Source: an uncultured Chloroflexia bacterium (GTDB lineage Bacteria; Chloroflexota; Limnocylindria; Limnocylindrales; CSP1-4). From it: 64,000 nt of DNA. Where the stretch lies: NCBI GenBank assembly GCA_963720755.1, contig CAVRGP010000011.1:384001-448000 (forward strand), read 5' to 3'. Of this stretch, positions 1-9,021 are shown one piece after another (position 1 is the stretch's first letter; every line of letters starts with the position of its first letter). Below the pieces are notes generated by a model. It was not told the origin of the DNA. It made no database searches and saw only the letters and a list, made by a program, of their open reading frames with translations. A program made the position numbers and the translations under genes.

Positions 1-2
1 AG

Positions 3-653
3 CTACCAGGTGTCAGCGAAGCCTGCGCCGCGGCCACCGCAGCCCACGCGGCGAAGGGCAGCTTCCCGACGTGCGATGCCCTCGTCGAGAAGGTCATCGC
101 CGAGGCGACCTCGCGCATCGCCGCACAGCGGAGCAGCGCGGCCGCAGCCAATGCCGGCGTGCTGGTGCCCGATGGGGTCACCGTCGAGCCGGATCCGCGT
201 GGGATGCCACAGCCGCCCCATTTCGATATCACCCTGACGAGGACGAACGCCGCGCTCCCGACCGGGGTCGACTGCACGATGACCGGGAGCATGACCAGCA
301 CACTCGACGACTGGAACTGGGACGAGTGGAAGTGGATGAATGGCCGCGGCACGTTCACGACCAAGTCGGGAACCGTCACCGGCGAGCCCTTCACGAGGGT
401 GACCCAGGACATCGCGCGTCTGGCTCCAGGCGAGTCTGTCACCTATCAGCTTTGGCTCACCAAGAAGACCATGTGGTTCGAACCGGACGGACTCAATGAC
501 TTCTATGCCAAGCAATACGCCCTGGGCAACGGGGATATCAACCACGATTGGGTCCTGCTGCAGAAGGGCGCAACCGTCGTGGGTCGCCTCGCCGGCAATT
601 GCATCCCCGGTGGCACACTCACGCAAGTGCTCGACGGGCAGGCATCAGATTGA
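3..653 (+). CDS. hypothetical protein, 5'-truncated by window edge
   Basis: Frame of track ORF 159..653 is open back to position 3 (LPGVSEACAAATAAH...). Stop TGA 651-653 overlaps the next TTG start. Confidence 0.7.
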   Translation, partial: LPGVSEACAAATAAHAAKGSFPTCDALVEKVIAEATSRIAAQRSSAAAANAGVLVPDGVTVEPDPRGMPQPPHFDITLTRTNAALPTGVDCTMTGSMTSTLDDWNWDEWKWMNGRGTFTTKSGTVTGEPFTRVTQDIARLAPGESVTYQLWLTKKTMWFEPDGLNDFYAKQYALGNGDINHDWVLLQKGATVVGRLAGNCIPGGTLTQVLDGQASD

Positions 654-1447
654 CGCTGCGACGCTCGCTCCTGATCGCGGCCCTGATGGTTTCCGTGGCG
701 CTGGCGAGCACGAGTCTGGCCGCGGCCGCGACCAAACCGTCAGCCTGGATCGACGAGCCCCTGCCCGGGGCCGTGCTTGAACTTGGTCAGATCCGCGTGA
801 CCGTCCATGCTGCCGATCGCGGCGGGATCGCGAACGTGCGCTTCCTCGTGGATGGCAACGATGCCGCGACGATCGCGGCCCCCGAGGGCGATTTGGTCAC
901 CGTCCCATGGATGTGGGCCTCCCCGACGCCCGGCCAGCATATGATCACGATCCTGGCTGCGGCCAGCGGCGGTTCCACGTCGGATCCCGCATCTGTCGCC
1001 GTCACGATCGAGGGTCCGCCGGTAGCGTCTCCTTCTCCCGTCCCGACCCCGACGCTTGCCCCGACACCGATCCCGACGCCCAAACCGACCCCGAGGCCGA
1101 CCGCGAAACCGACGCCGGCGCCCTGCACACCGCCGATGCCCGACAGGCTGAACCCGACGGACTTCTTCCTGGTGCAGGCATCGGCGAACCCACCCACAGT
1201 CAGGTGGGCGTACGGAACGCCACCCGCCTGTGCCCCGAGCGGTTTCCGCGTCTCCATCGTGGATTCGCCATCAACGGGATACAGCGTCACGTCAGGCGTT
1301 CTGCCAGCGACCGCGGAATCGTGGACTCCGCCGGCCGCACTGCCGATCACGCCCAGCTGCCTGAACTACCAATGGACCTTCGACGTGCTTCGCTCGGACG
1401 GCTCGGTCGGTCAGACGGTGAGCCGCACCTTGGCTGCCTGCCCCTGA
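650..1447 (+). CDS. secreted protein: Ig-like domain, Pro/Thr linker, C-terminal beta domain
   Basis: TTG at 650 overlaps upstream stop; signal peptide (LRRSLLIAALMVSVALA); Ig-like VTVHAADRGGIANVRFLVDG; PTPT repeats. Confidence 0.7.
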   Translation: MTLRRSLLIAALMVSVALASTSLAAAATKPSAWIDEPLPGAVLELGQIRVTVHAADRGGIANVRFLVDGNDAATIAAPEGDLVTVPWMWASPTPGQHMITILAAASGGSTSDPASVAVTIEGPPVASPSPVPTPTLAPTPIPTPKPTPRPTAKPTPAPCTPPMPDRLNPTDFFLVQASANPPTVRWAYGTPPACAPSGFRVSIVDSPSTGYSVTSGVLPATAESWTPPAALPITPSCLNYQWTFDVLRSDGSVGQTVSRTLAACP

Positions 1448-1534
1448 CCGGAGTTCGGCCAGGCCGCGACCCTGTCGAAGTCGACCTCATGGATCCCGGG
1501 CCTTCCCGTCCGGCCGCCAAGTAGACTTCGCGGA

Positions 1535-2923
1535 GTGACGACCGATATCGCCTCGGATCCGCTGGTCGCGGCGATCCGCGCCCGGCTGCCGGCCACGCGA
1601 CTCCTGACCGAGCCGCTCGATCGCGAGAGCTACCGACTCGACGAGACGGCCTACCTGCACGCCGGGTTGCCCGGTGCCGTCGCGTTCCCAACGACGACCG
1701 GGGAGGTCGTCGAGCTGGTGCGCATCGCCGCCGAGCTTCGCATCCCGATCGTTCCTCGAGGTGCCGGGACCGGCCTTTCGGGTGGCGCGGCCGGCATCGA
1801 GGGTGCCCTCACCGTCGCCTTCACTGCGATGGACAAGATCGTCGAGATCGATCGCGAGAACCTGGTGGCGGTCGTCCAGCCCGGGGTCATCAACGCCGAC
1901 CTCAAGGCCGCGGTCGCCGCGCATGGGTTGTTCTACCCACCCGACCCGGCCAGCTTCGAGCTGTGCTCGATCGGCGGCAATCTGGGCACCAATGCCGGCG
2001 GCCTGTGCTGCGTGAAGTACGGACAGACGCGCGAATCCGTCCTCTCGCTCGAGGTGGTCATGGCCGACGGGGCCGTGATCCGGACCGGTGGCCGGAACAT
2101 CAAGGACGTGGCCGGGTACGCGCTGACCCACCTGTTCGTGGGCAGCCAGGGGACGCTCGCGATCACGACCGAGGCGACCCTCAAGCTCCGGCCGGCGCCG
2201 CCCCCGCGCCTGACCATGCTGGCCTTCTTCCCGACGCTCGAATCGGCGGGCGATGCGGTCGCGGCGATCGCCGCCGCGGGCCTCACCCCGGTGACCCTCG
2301 AGTTGCTCGATCGGTTCACGATCGCGGCCGTCGACGACATGAACGACCTGGGCCTGGATCGCTCCGCTGCGGCGATGCTGATGATCGAGTCGGACATGCC
2401 GGGCGTCGCGGCGACCGCGGAGCTCGAGTTGGCCGATACGGCCTGCCGTGGGGCTGGTGCCACCGATGTCGTCCGGGCCGCCGATGCCCAGGAAGCCGAC
2501 TGGCTGCGGCAGGCGCGCCGGGCGGCCCACTACGCCCTCGAACGGCTCGGCGATGTCCGGATGGAGGATGTCGGGGTACCCCGGTCGCGCGTCCCGGAGA
2601 TGCTTCGGGAGATCGAGCGCATCGCTGCCCGGCACGACGTCCGGATCGGGACATTCGGGCACGTGGGTGACGGCAACCTCCACCCGGATCTGGTCTTCGA
2701 TCGCGATGACCCCACGGCCGAGGCGAAGACCGAGGCGGTCAAGAGGGACCTCTATCGGGCGGCGCTCGACCTGGGCGGCACGGTCACCGGGGAGCACGGC
2801 ATCGGCAGCGCGCGACGCGAATGGCTGGAGATCCAGCGTGGCCCGGATGCGGTCCGGGTGATGCGCGCGATCAAGTCGGCCCTGGACCCGCTGGGGATCC
2901 TCAACCCGGGGCGCGTCCTCTAG
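1535..2923 (+). CDS. FAD-linked oxidase, GlcD/D-2-hydroxyacid dehydrogenase family
   Basis: PRGAGTGLSGG, YPPDPAS..CSIGGN, GHVGDGNLHP, GEHGIG, LDPLGILNPG motifs. Confidence 0.9.
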   Translation: MTTDIASDPLVAAIRARLPATRLLTEPLDRESYRLDETAYLHAGLPGAVAFPTTTGEVVELVRIAAELRIPIVPRGAGTGLSGGAAGIEGALTVAFTAMDKIVEIDRENLVAVVQPGVINADLKAAVAAHGLFYPPDPASFELCSIGGNLGTNAGGLCCVKYGQTRESVLSLEVVMADGAVIRTGGRNIKDVAGYALTHLFVGSQGTLAITTEATLKLRPAPPPRLTMLAFFPTLESAGDAVAAIAAAGLTPVTLELLDRFTIAAVDDMNDLGLDRSAAAMLMIESDMPGVAATAELELADTACRGAGATDVVRAADAQEADWLRQARRAAHYALERLGDVRMEDVGVPRSRVPEMLREIERIAARHDVRIGTFGHVGDGNLHPDLVFDRDDPTAEAKTEAVKRDLYRAALDLGGTVTGEHGIGSARREWLEIQRGPDAVRVMRAIKSALDPLGILNPGRVL

Positions 2924-3041
2924 CCGAGGTCGGGCCGGCCCGAGCCCCTCGCCCGGGCCACGATTGACGGTCCGGCTCTCATGCGAGCGGGTCGCCGATC
3001 CGGGCCAAGGATTCAGTCACGTCCCTCGTGCGGTCAAGTTG

Positions 3042-3128
3042 CCTGGCAGGACGCCGAGGCAGGCTACCTGGCAGAACATCGACGCAGGCTACCTGGCAGG
3101 ACGCCGAGGCAGGCTACCTGGCAGAACG
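3042..3128 (+). repeat. 25-bp tandem repeat, 3.5 copies, alternating A/B units
   Basis: CCTGGCAGGACGCCGAGGCAGGCTA (3042, 3092), CCTGGCAGAACATCGACGCAGGCTA (3067), partial copy at 3117. Confidence 0.95.
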
Positions 3129-3310
3129 TTCACCCAGGGATCCTTATGCGAGATCCCGGGGCCGTCCAGCTTTGGTGGGCTGACTCGCCACGCTCGCGTC
3201 GCCCTGCCCGGCTGTCTCGTTTCGCCTGGATCCAGCCGATATCGCGGGATGGATCCGGCGTTACGGTCTGCTGGGGAGAATCCTGCCAGGTTGGGTCGCG
3301 CCGGATCCTC

Positions 3311-3432
3311 CGCCCAGCATCCACGTCCCCAGGGCCACGCCCCCGCCCGCCCCGCGCTCGGGCCTACGCCCCCGCCCAGCATCCACGTCCCCAAGGCCTA
3401 CGCCCCCGCCCAGCATCCACGTCCCGAGGGCC
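3311..3432 (+). repeat. about 34-bp C-rich direct repeat, 3 copies
   Basis: CGCCCAGCATCCACGTCCC at about 3311, 3373 and 3407, with GGCC(T)ACGCCCCC linkers. Confidence 0.9.
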
Positions 3433-3436
3433 GCGG

Positions 3437-3506
3437 TTGACACGATCGGCGCGCGCCCGGATGATGCCCGTATCGTGCATGCACATCTGTCAGATACAAA
3501 CGTGCA
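3437..3506 (+). promoter_or_regulatory. sigma70-type promoter and palindromic SorC-family operator candidate
   Basis: TTGACA 3437-3442, 17 bp spacer, GATGAT 3460-3465; imperfect palindrome TGCACATCTG-N7-CAAACGTGCA at 3480-3506. Confidence 0.65.
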
Positions 3507-3515
3507 AGACGGCCG

Positions 3516-4484
3516 ATGAGCGACTTCGAGCAGCTCGTTCGGGCGAGCCGTCTGTACTACGAGCTTGGCGAGACGCAGAACGACATCGCGACCCAGCTGG
3601 GCGTGACTCGACCGCAGGTGTCGCGGTTGCTCAAGCGGGCTCGAGCCGAGGGGATCGTCGAGATCCGGATCATCGACAAGACTGCGGTCGAGAGCCCGGC
3701 TGCGACCGAACTGTGTCGACGCTACGACCTCCACGCCGTTCACCTCGCCCCGACGGTCGCCGGGCCTGAAGATCTGACCCACCGGATGGTCGGGCGCCTC
3801 GCGGCCGACGTCCTGCGTGGCGTCCTGCGCGCGAGGGCCATCGTCGGCATCGGTGACGGCGTGTCCGTCGCTGCCACGGCGGCGGCCCTCGAGGAGGCGG
3901 CCACGCCGGTGGCCGTCACCGTCGTCCCGTTGTGCGGCGGCCACTGGTCGACGGGCATGGAGCGCGAACCCTACGGACGGGTCGCAGATGCGCTCGGCGC
4001 GCAGGTGCACGGGCTCATGTCGCCGGGTCTCGTGGACGACGCGGCGACCCGTCGGGCGCTCGTGGCACATGCCGGTGTCCGTGCGATCATCGACCTCTGG
4101 GACCGACTCGATGTCGTGCTCTTCGGGATCGGCGGGCCCGCCTGGACGGCCGCCCGGGTCGGGGATGCGGTGGAGCTGGAACTCGAGGAGGCCGAGGCCG
4201 TCGGGGAGGTGCTCGTCGCCCCGTTCGACCTCGACGGCCGGTTCGTCTGCCCGGCCCTGCGCGAGCGGGTCATCGCCCTCGACGCCCGCCGGCTCGGCCA
4301 GATCCCCGTGTCGATCGGGGTCGCCGCCGGTGAAGCAAAGGTGCGTCCGATCCTGGGTGCGCTTCGGGCCGGCGTGGTGAGCACGCTGGTCACGGACGTG
4401 GCCACGGCAGAAGCGGTCGTCGCCCTCGATGACCTGGCCGGAGTCGACCGGGTCGGGCGGCGTTTGCCTGAGGGCGCCCGATGA
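3516..4484 (+). CDS. SorC/DeoR (LsrR-like) sugar-binding transcriptional regulator
   Basis: N-terminal LYYELGETQNDIA..LGVTRPQVSRLL HTH; C-terminal K...ILGALRAG....LVTD sugar-binding domain. Confidence 0.92.
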   Translation: MSDFEQLVRASRLYYELGETQNDIATQLGVTRPQVSRLLKRARAEGIVEIRIIDKTAVESPAATELCRRYDLHAVHLAPTVAGPEDLTHRMVGRLAADVLRGVLRARAIVGIGDGVSVAATAAALEEAATPVAVTVVPLCGGHWSTGMEREPYGRVADALGAQVHGLMSPGLVDDAATRRALVAHAGVRAIIDLWDRLDVVLFGIGGPAWTAARVGDAVELELEEAEAVGEVLVAPFDLDGRFVCPALRERVIALDARRLGQIPVSIGVAAGEAKVRPILGALRAGVVSTLVTDVATAEAVVALDDLAGVDRVGRRLPEGAR

Positions 4485-5957
4485 GCTCAGCGCGAACCGG
4501 TCGTCCTCGGGATCGATCTCGGCACGACCGAGGTCAAGGCGGGCCTGGTGACCCTCGATGGACGCCTCGTCGGTCTCGCCAGGAGTGGATACGACCTCGA
4601 TGTCAGCGGCGGCCACGGCTGGGCGGAGCAGGATCCAGGGGCCTGGTGGTCGGCCGTCGTCAGCGCGGTGCGAGCGCTGCGCGTCCACGATGTCCCGGCG
4701 GTCTTGGCGATCGGCGTGGACGGACACGGACCGACATTGGCGGCCGTTGACGCTCGCGGCGAGGCGACCCGGCCCGCGATCACGTTCCTGGACAACCGTG
4801 CCCACGAGGAAACGGCCGAGCTGGAGCGGACGACCGGGATCCGTGGCTGGGCCCTCGCCGGTCTCCCCGCGGCACTCTGGGTGGAGCGTCACGAGCCCGC
4901 CGTCGCCGAGGCGACACGCTGGTACCTCGCGACCTGGGAGTACCTGGCGTTCCGGTTGACCGGCATCGCCGCCGGACCGCTCGTCGCCGACCAGCTGATC
5001 GCGGATCCGGGCCTGGTGGTCGCGTCCGGGATCCCCGCGGCGAAGCTCCCTCCACCTTCCTCGACCGGCACGGTCGTCGGCGGCCTTGCCGAAGCGGCCG
5101 CCGAAGCCCTTGGTCTGGCGTCCGGGATCCCGGTCGTCGGTGGGACCGTCGACGCGTTCGCGAGCTATCTCGGGGCCGGCCTCCTCGAGCCCGGCGACGC
5201 CTTCGATCCCGGCGGTTCGGCCGGCGGCTTCGGGGTCTACTGGGATCGGCCGGTCGAGGTTCCCGGCGGCTTCGTCACGCCCGCGCCCATCCCCGGCCGG
5301 TTCAGCGTCGGAGCCGCGATGGCGGCGACCGGTCGGGCGCTCGACTGGTATCGCGACGAAGTCCTGGGAGACACGATCACCACCGATGCCCTGCTGACCG
5401 AGGCCGCTGCCACGCCGCCCGGTGCCGACGGCCTGATCTTCCTGCCGTATCTCGCCGGCGAGCGCTCGCCCATCTGGGATCCCGAAGCCAAGGCCGTGCT
5501 CGCCGGTCTCACCCTTGGTCACGGCCGTGGCCATATCGCTCGTGCCATCGTGGAGGCCTCGGCCCTCGCGATCCGCCACGTCGCCGAGCCGATGCTGGCC
5601 GCGGGCGTCCAGGTGACCGAGATGCGCGTCTGCGGCGGACCCGCGCGAAGTCCGTTCTGGAACGGCGTCAAGGCGGACGTCACCGGTTTCCCGGTGGCGG
5701 TACCTGCCGTCCTCGAGACCGCCGTTCTTGGCTCGGCGATCCTCGCGGCGGTCGGCATCCACGCGTATGGCGACCTGCCGGAAGCCATCCGGGCGATGAC
5801 CCGGATCGCCCACCGCGTCGAACCTCGCCGGGACCTCGCCGAGACGTACGACCGGGTCTACGAGGCGTATCGATCGCTCTATCCGGCGACCGCACCCATC
5901 CTTCGGCCCCTCGCCGGGATCATCGTGCCCGGCGGGTCCGTGCGGATGGCGACATGA
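4481..5957 (+). CDS. FGGY-family carbohydrate kinase (xylulokinase-like); start codon out of frame
   Basis: LGIDLGTTEVKA (from about 4506), AEQDP..WW, GGTVD, FLPYLAGERSPIWD, LGSAILA. ATG 4481 has an RBS but is in a different frame from the body. Confidence 0.85.
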
Positions 5958-6790
5958 CCCCGATCCCGCCGGCCACGGGCCGGCTCGACCTGCGCGATGT
6001 GACGTTCGGCTTCACCGATCGATCGGGCAACCCGCTGCCGGTCCTCGATCGCATCGACCTGACGGTCGAAGGCGGTGGCATCGTCGCGCTCATCGGCCCG
6101 AACGGCTGCGGCAAGTCCACTCTGCTCCGGGTGGTCGCCGGGCTGTTGGCTCCGGATCGTGGCACTGCGCTCCTCGACGGGGTACCGGTCGATGGACCCG
6201 ATCCGAGGATCGGCCTCGTCTTCCAGGAACCTCGGCTGCTGCCGTGGCGTTCGATCGCCACCAACATCACCTATCCCCTCGAGCTCGCCGGTTGGTCGCC
6301 GGAGCGTCGAGCGCAGCGCCTGACGGCCCTGACCGACCTGGTCGGGATCGATCCGGCGGTCATGGGTGCGCGCCCGATCGAGCTGTCGGGCGGCACGCGG
6401 CAACGCGTCGCGCTGGCCCGGGCCCTGGCGCTCGAACCCGAGGTCCTGCTGCTCGACGAGCCATTCAGTGCGCTCGACGCGTTGACCCGTGAGCGCTTCG
6501 ACATGGAGATCCTTCGGCTGTGGGAGCGGGCTGGCACGACCATCGTGCTGGTCACCCACAGCATCCCGGAGGCGATCATGGTCGCCGACCGGGTCGTCGT
6601 CCTGTCGCCACGACCGGGCCGGATCGTCATCGACCTGCCGATCGACCTTCCGCGCCCGCGTTCGATCGCCGACCTGGACGCGGCGGCCGTGTCGCGGGCA
6701 TCGCGCGAGATCCGCGCCCACCTCGGAGAACCCGACCCGGCGGCGGACGCGATCGCGCCGGCCGACCTTCCGACGGAACTCGCGTCATGA
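5954..6790 (+). CDS. NitT/TauT-family ABC transporter ATP-binding protein
   Basis: GPNGCGKST, VFQEPRLLPW, LSGG, LLLDEPFSALD, VTH. Confidence 0.95.
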   Translation: MTPIPPATGRLDLRDVTFGFTDRSGNPLPVLDRIDLTVEGGGIVALIGPNGCGKSTLLRVVAGLLAPDRGTALLDGVPVDGPDPRIGLVFQEPRLLPWRSIATNITYPLELAGWSPERRAQRLTALTDLVGIDPAVMGARPIELSGGTRQRVALARALALEPEVLLLDEPFSALDALTRERFDMEILRLWERAGTTIVLVTHSIPEAIMVADRVVVLSPRPGRIVIDLPIDLPRPRSIADLDAAAVSRASREIRAHLGEPDPAADAIAPADLPTELAS

Positions 6791-7536
6791 ACCGGGCGAC
6801 CTTGCTGGCGGTGGCCGGCGCGTTCGTCTTCTTCGTCCTCGCCTGGAAGGCCGTGGTCATCGTCGGGGGTCTGCGGCCCTTCATCCTGCCCGGTCCGGAC
6901 GTGGTCGCCGGCCGGTTCGTCGGCGCCTGGCTCGACGGGACCGTCTGGCCGCACTTCGCGGTGACGATGGTCGAGATCCTGATCGGGTTCACGGTCGGGG
7001 CAGGACTTGCCCTGATCGTCGGCTACGGGCTGGCGCGGAGCGTCCTGTTCGAACGTCTTGCCTCGCCGTACCTCGTCGCGGCCCAGGCGATCCCGATCCT
7101 CGTCCTCGCGCCGCTGTTCGCCGTGTGGTTCGGGCCGGGGCTGCTCAGCAAAGTGGTCATCTGTGCCCTGATCGTCTTCTTCCCGGTGGCCATCGCCACG
7201 ATGGTCGGGTTCCGGTCCGTGGATCGACGGCTGATCGAGCTCGGGCGCAGCCTGCGGGCGACGCCCCGGCAGATCCTCGCCACCATCGAGATCCCCGCCG
7301 CGCTGCCCAACATCTTCGGCGGGCTGCGGGTCGGCGTGACCCTCGCGGTCATCGGCGCCATCGTCGGGGAGTGGGCCGGCGCCGACAAGGGATTGGCCGT
7401 CTTGATCAATCTGGCTCGCGGATCGCTGTTCGATATCCCGCTCATGTACGCCACGGTCGTCACCATCGCCCTGATCGGGGTGGCCATGTATCTCGTCGTC
7501 GTCTACGCGGAGCGTCGCCTCGTCGGCGCCCGGTAG
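6787..7536 (+). CDS. NitT/TauT-family ABC permease (RibX-like)
   Basis: ATGA overlap at 6787; ILPGP, QAIPILVLAPLF..WFG, IPAALPNIFGGL, GAIVGEW. Confidence 0.92.
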   Translation: MNRATLLAVAGAFVFFVLAWKAVVIVGGLRPFILPGPDVVAGRFVGAWLDGTVWPHFAVTMVEILIGFTVGAGLALIVGYGLARSVLFERLASPYLVAAQAIPILVLAPLFAVWFGPGLLSKVVICALIVFFPVAIATMVGFRSVDRRLIELGRSLRATPRQILATIEIPAALPNIFGGLRVGVTLAVIGAIVGEWAGADKGLAVLINLARGSLFDIPLMYATVVTIALIGVAMYLVVVYAERRLVGAR

Positions 7537-7561
7537 CCTGCCTGTCGTTTCGGAGGTCCTC

Positions 7562-8641
7562 GTGTCAGTGTCGCGTCCTCGTCCGGTCGTCATCGCGCTC
7601 ACGGTCCTGGTGGTGGCCGTCATGGTCGGAGGCTGCGCCCAGGGCTCCTCCTCCAGCCCAGGTCCGAGTGCCAGCCCCAGCGTCGCGCCGACGGCGAGTG
7701 GCTCCGCTTCGCCCGAGGCCACCGTCGCGCCCACGAAGCTGGTCGTCGGGCTGGGCTATATCCCGAACGTCCAGTTCGCCCAGTTCTACCTCGCCCAGCA
7801 AGAGGGGCTCTATGCCCAGGCTGGGCTCGACGTCGAGTTCCAGAACCAGATCGACCCCGACCTCATCGCGCTGGTCGGCCAGGGAGCCATCGATGTCGGC
7901 ATCGGCGATGGGACGAGCGTGATCCCGGCCGTCAGCAACGCGATCCCGATCCAGTACATCGCGACGATCTACGGCAAGTTCCCGAACGTCGTCTTCGCCA
8001 AGGCCTCGTCCGGGATCACGACCGCCGCCGATCTGCAGGGCAAGAAGATCGGCGTACCGGGACGCTATGGGTCGGGCTGGATCATGCTCGAGGCGCTGCT
8101 CGCCTCGGCCGGTCTGACGACGGACGACGTGCAGATCGTCGAGTATCCCGACTTCACCCAGGAGATCGCCGTCGAGCAGGGTGCCGTCGACGCCGCGACC
8201 GGGTTCTCCAATAACGAACCGGTCCAGCTCGAACTCCACGGCCAGACGCCCGTGGTCCTGACGATCGACTCGATCACCCCGCTGCCGGGACCGGGCCTGA
8301 TCGCCGGGACGGCCACGCTCGATGCCAAGCAGGACGCGATCGCCGCCTTCGTCGCGGCCACCCTCGAGGCGATGGCCCAGATCCAGGCCGACCCACAGGT
8401 CGGCCTGGAGGCGGCGATCAAGGCGGTGCCGGAACTGGCCAAGGCGACCGGGCAGGCCGAAGTCCTGGCGGCGACGATCAATTCGTGGGTCGGCCCGGTC
8501 CAGGTCGCGAACGGGCTCGGTGCCATCGACCTCGACGGATGGAGCGCATCGATCGACTACCTCGGGACGCTGGGCCTGGTGAACACACCTGTGACCACCG
8601 ACGCTCTCGTGCGACAGGACCTGCTGCCGCCGGGAGGATAG
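7562..8641 (+). CDS. NMT1/THI5-like ABC substrate-binding lipoprotein (RibY-like)
   Basis: GGAGG RBS; lipobox VGGC; LGYIPNVQFAQFYLA..GLY...GLDVEF; DLQGKKIG.PG.YGS. Confidence 0.9.
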   Translation: MSVSRPRPVVIALTVLVVAVMVGGCAQGSSSSPGPSASPSVAPTASGSASPEATVAPTKLVVGLGYIPNVQFAQFYLAQQEGLYAQAGLDVEFQNQIDPDLIALVGQGAIDVGIGDGTSVIPAVSNAIPIQYIATIYGKFPNVVFAKASSGITTAADLQGKKIGVPGRYGSGWIMLEALLASAGLTTDDVQIVEYPDFTQEIAVEQGAVDAATGFSNNEPVQLELHGQTPVVLTIDSITPLPGPGLIAGTATLDAKQDAIAAFVAATLEAMAQIQADPQVGLEAAIKAVPELAKATGQAEVLAATINSWVGPVQVANGLGAIDLDGWSASIDYLGTLGLVNTPVTTDALVRQDLLPPGG

Positions 8642-8745
8642 GGTCGAGCCGGCCGGGAGGGCCGAAATCGGGTAGACTACAGGTCCCCCTCGTCCGCCGG
8701 GCGGCGTTCGCGCCACCCTATGGCGATGCCATCGCAGGAGATCGT

Positions 8746-8931
8746 GTGAACAGTCGCCCACCTGTCAAGCCCACCACGGTCGAGCCGTTCAAGCACGTCA
8801 TCGATGAGTACAAGCACCAGGCGCAGACCATCACCTGCACGTGTGGATGGCATGGAAGCTCTGCGGCGCAGGATCGCGGCGGTTCGGAATGGACCGCCCA
8901 CCTGTTCGAGGTTCGCGGCAAGAAACGCTGA
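8746..8931 (+). CDS. 61-aa small protein with H-x-CxCGW-x-H putative zinc site
   Basis: AGGAG RBS before GTG 8746; MNSRPPVKPTTVEPFKHVIDEYKHQAQTITCTCGWHG...EWTAHLFEVRGKKR. Confidence 0.7.
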   Translation: MNSRPPVKPTTVEPFKHVIDEYKHQAQTITCTCGWHGSSAAQDRGGSEWTAHLFEVRGKKR

Positions 8932-8954
8932 CCTGACCGGCTTCTCGCGCACCA

Positions 8955-8980
8955 CGACCCGGGTCCTTCGATCCGGGTCG
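8955..8980 (+). terminator. GC-rich hairpin without a U-tract
   Basis: CGACCCGGGTC-CTTC-GATCCGGGTCG, 11-bp stem downstream of the small ORF. Confidence 0.5.
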
Positions 8981-9021
8981 GACCACGTCCGGGGCCGATG
9001 AAGCCCTGCTAGCCTGTCGCG

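Noticed and set aside
1030-1120. Pro/Thr-coding repeats (also near 7660, 24150 and 27150) and the Ku AKAT tail
   Set aside because: Ordinary low-complexity linkers of secreted proteins and the known basic Ku extension.
3042-3432. Repeats as a CRISPR array
   Set aside because: The 16-nt constant part has 9-nt inserts that themselves repeat; there are no unique 25-45 nt spacers and no cas genes in the window.
2924-3515. FMN riboswitch upstream of the RibXY-like transporter operon
   Set aside because: No AGGGCGGGGTGAAATTCCC-type FMN consensus is visible.
4482-4484. Selenocysteine recoding of the TGA between regulator and kinase
   Set aside because: It falls in an inter-domain position with no catalytic Cys equivalent, and it forms a normal ATGA overlap.
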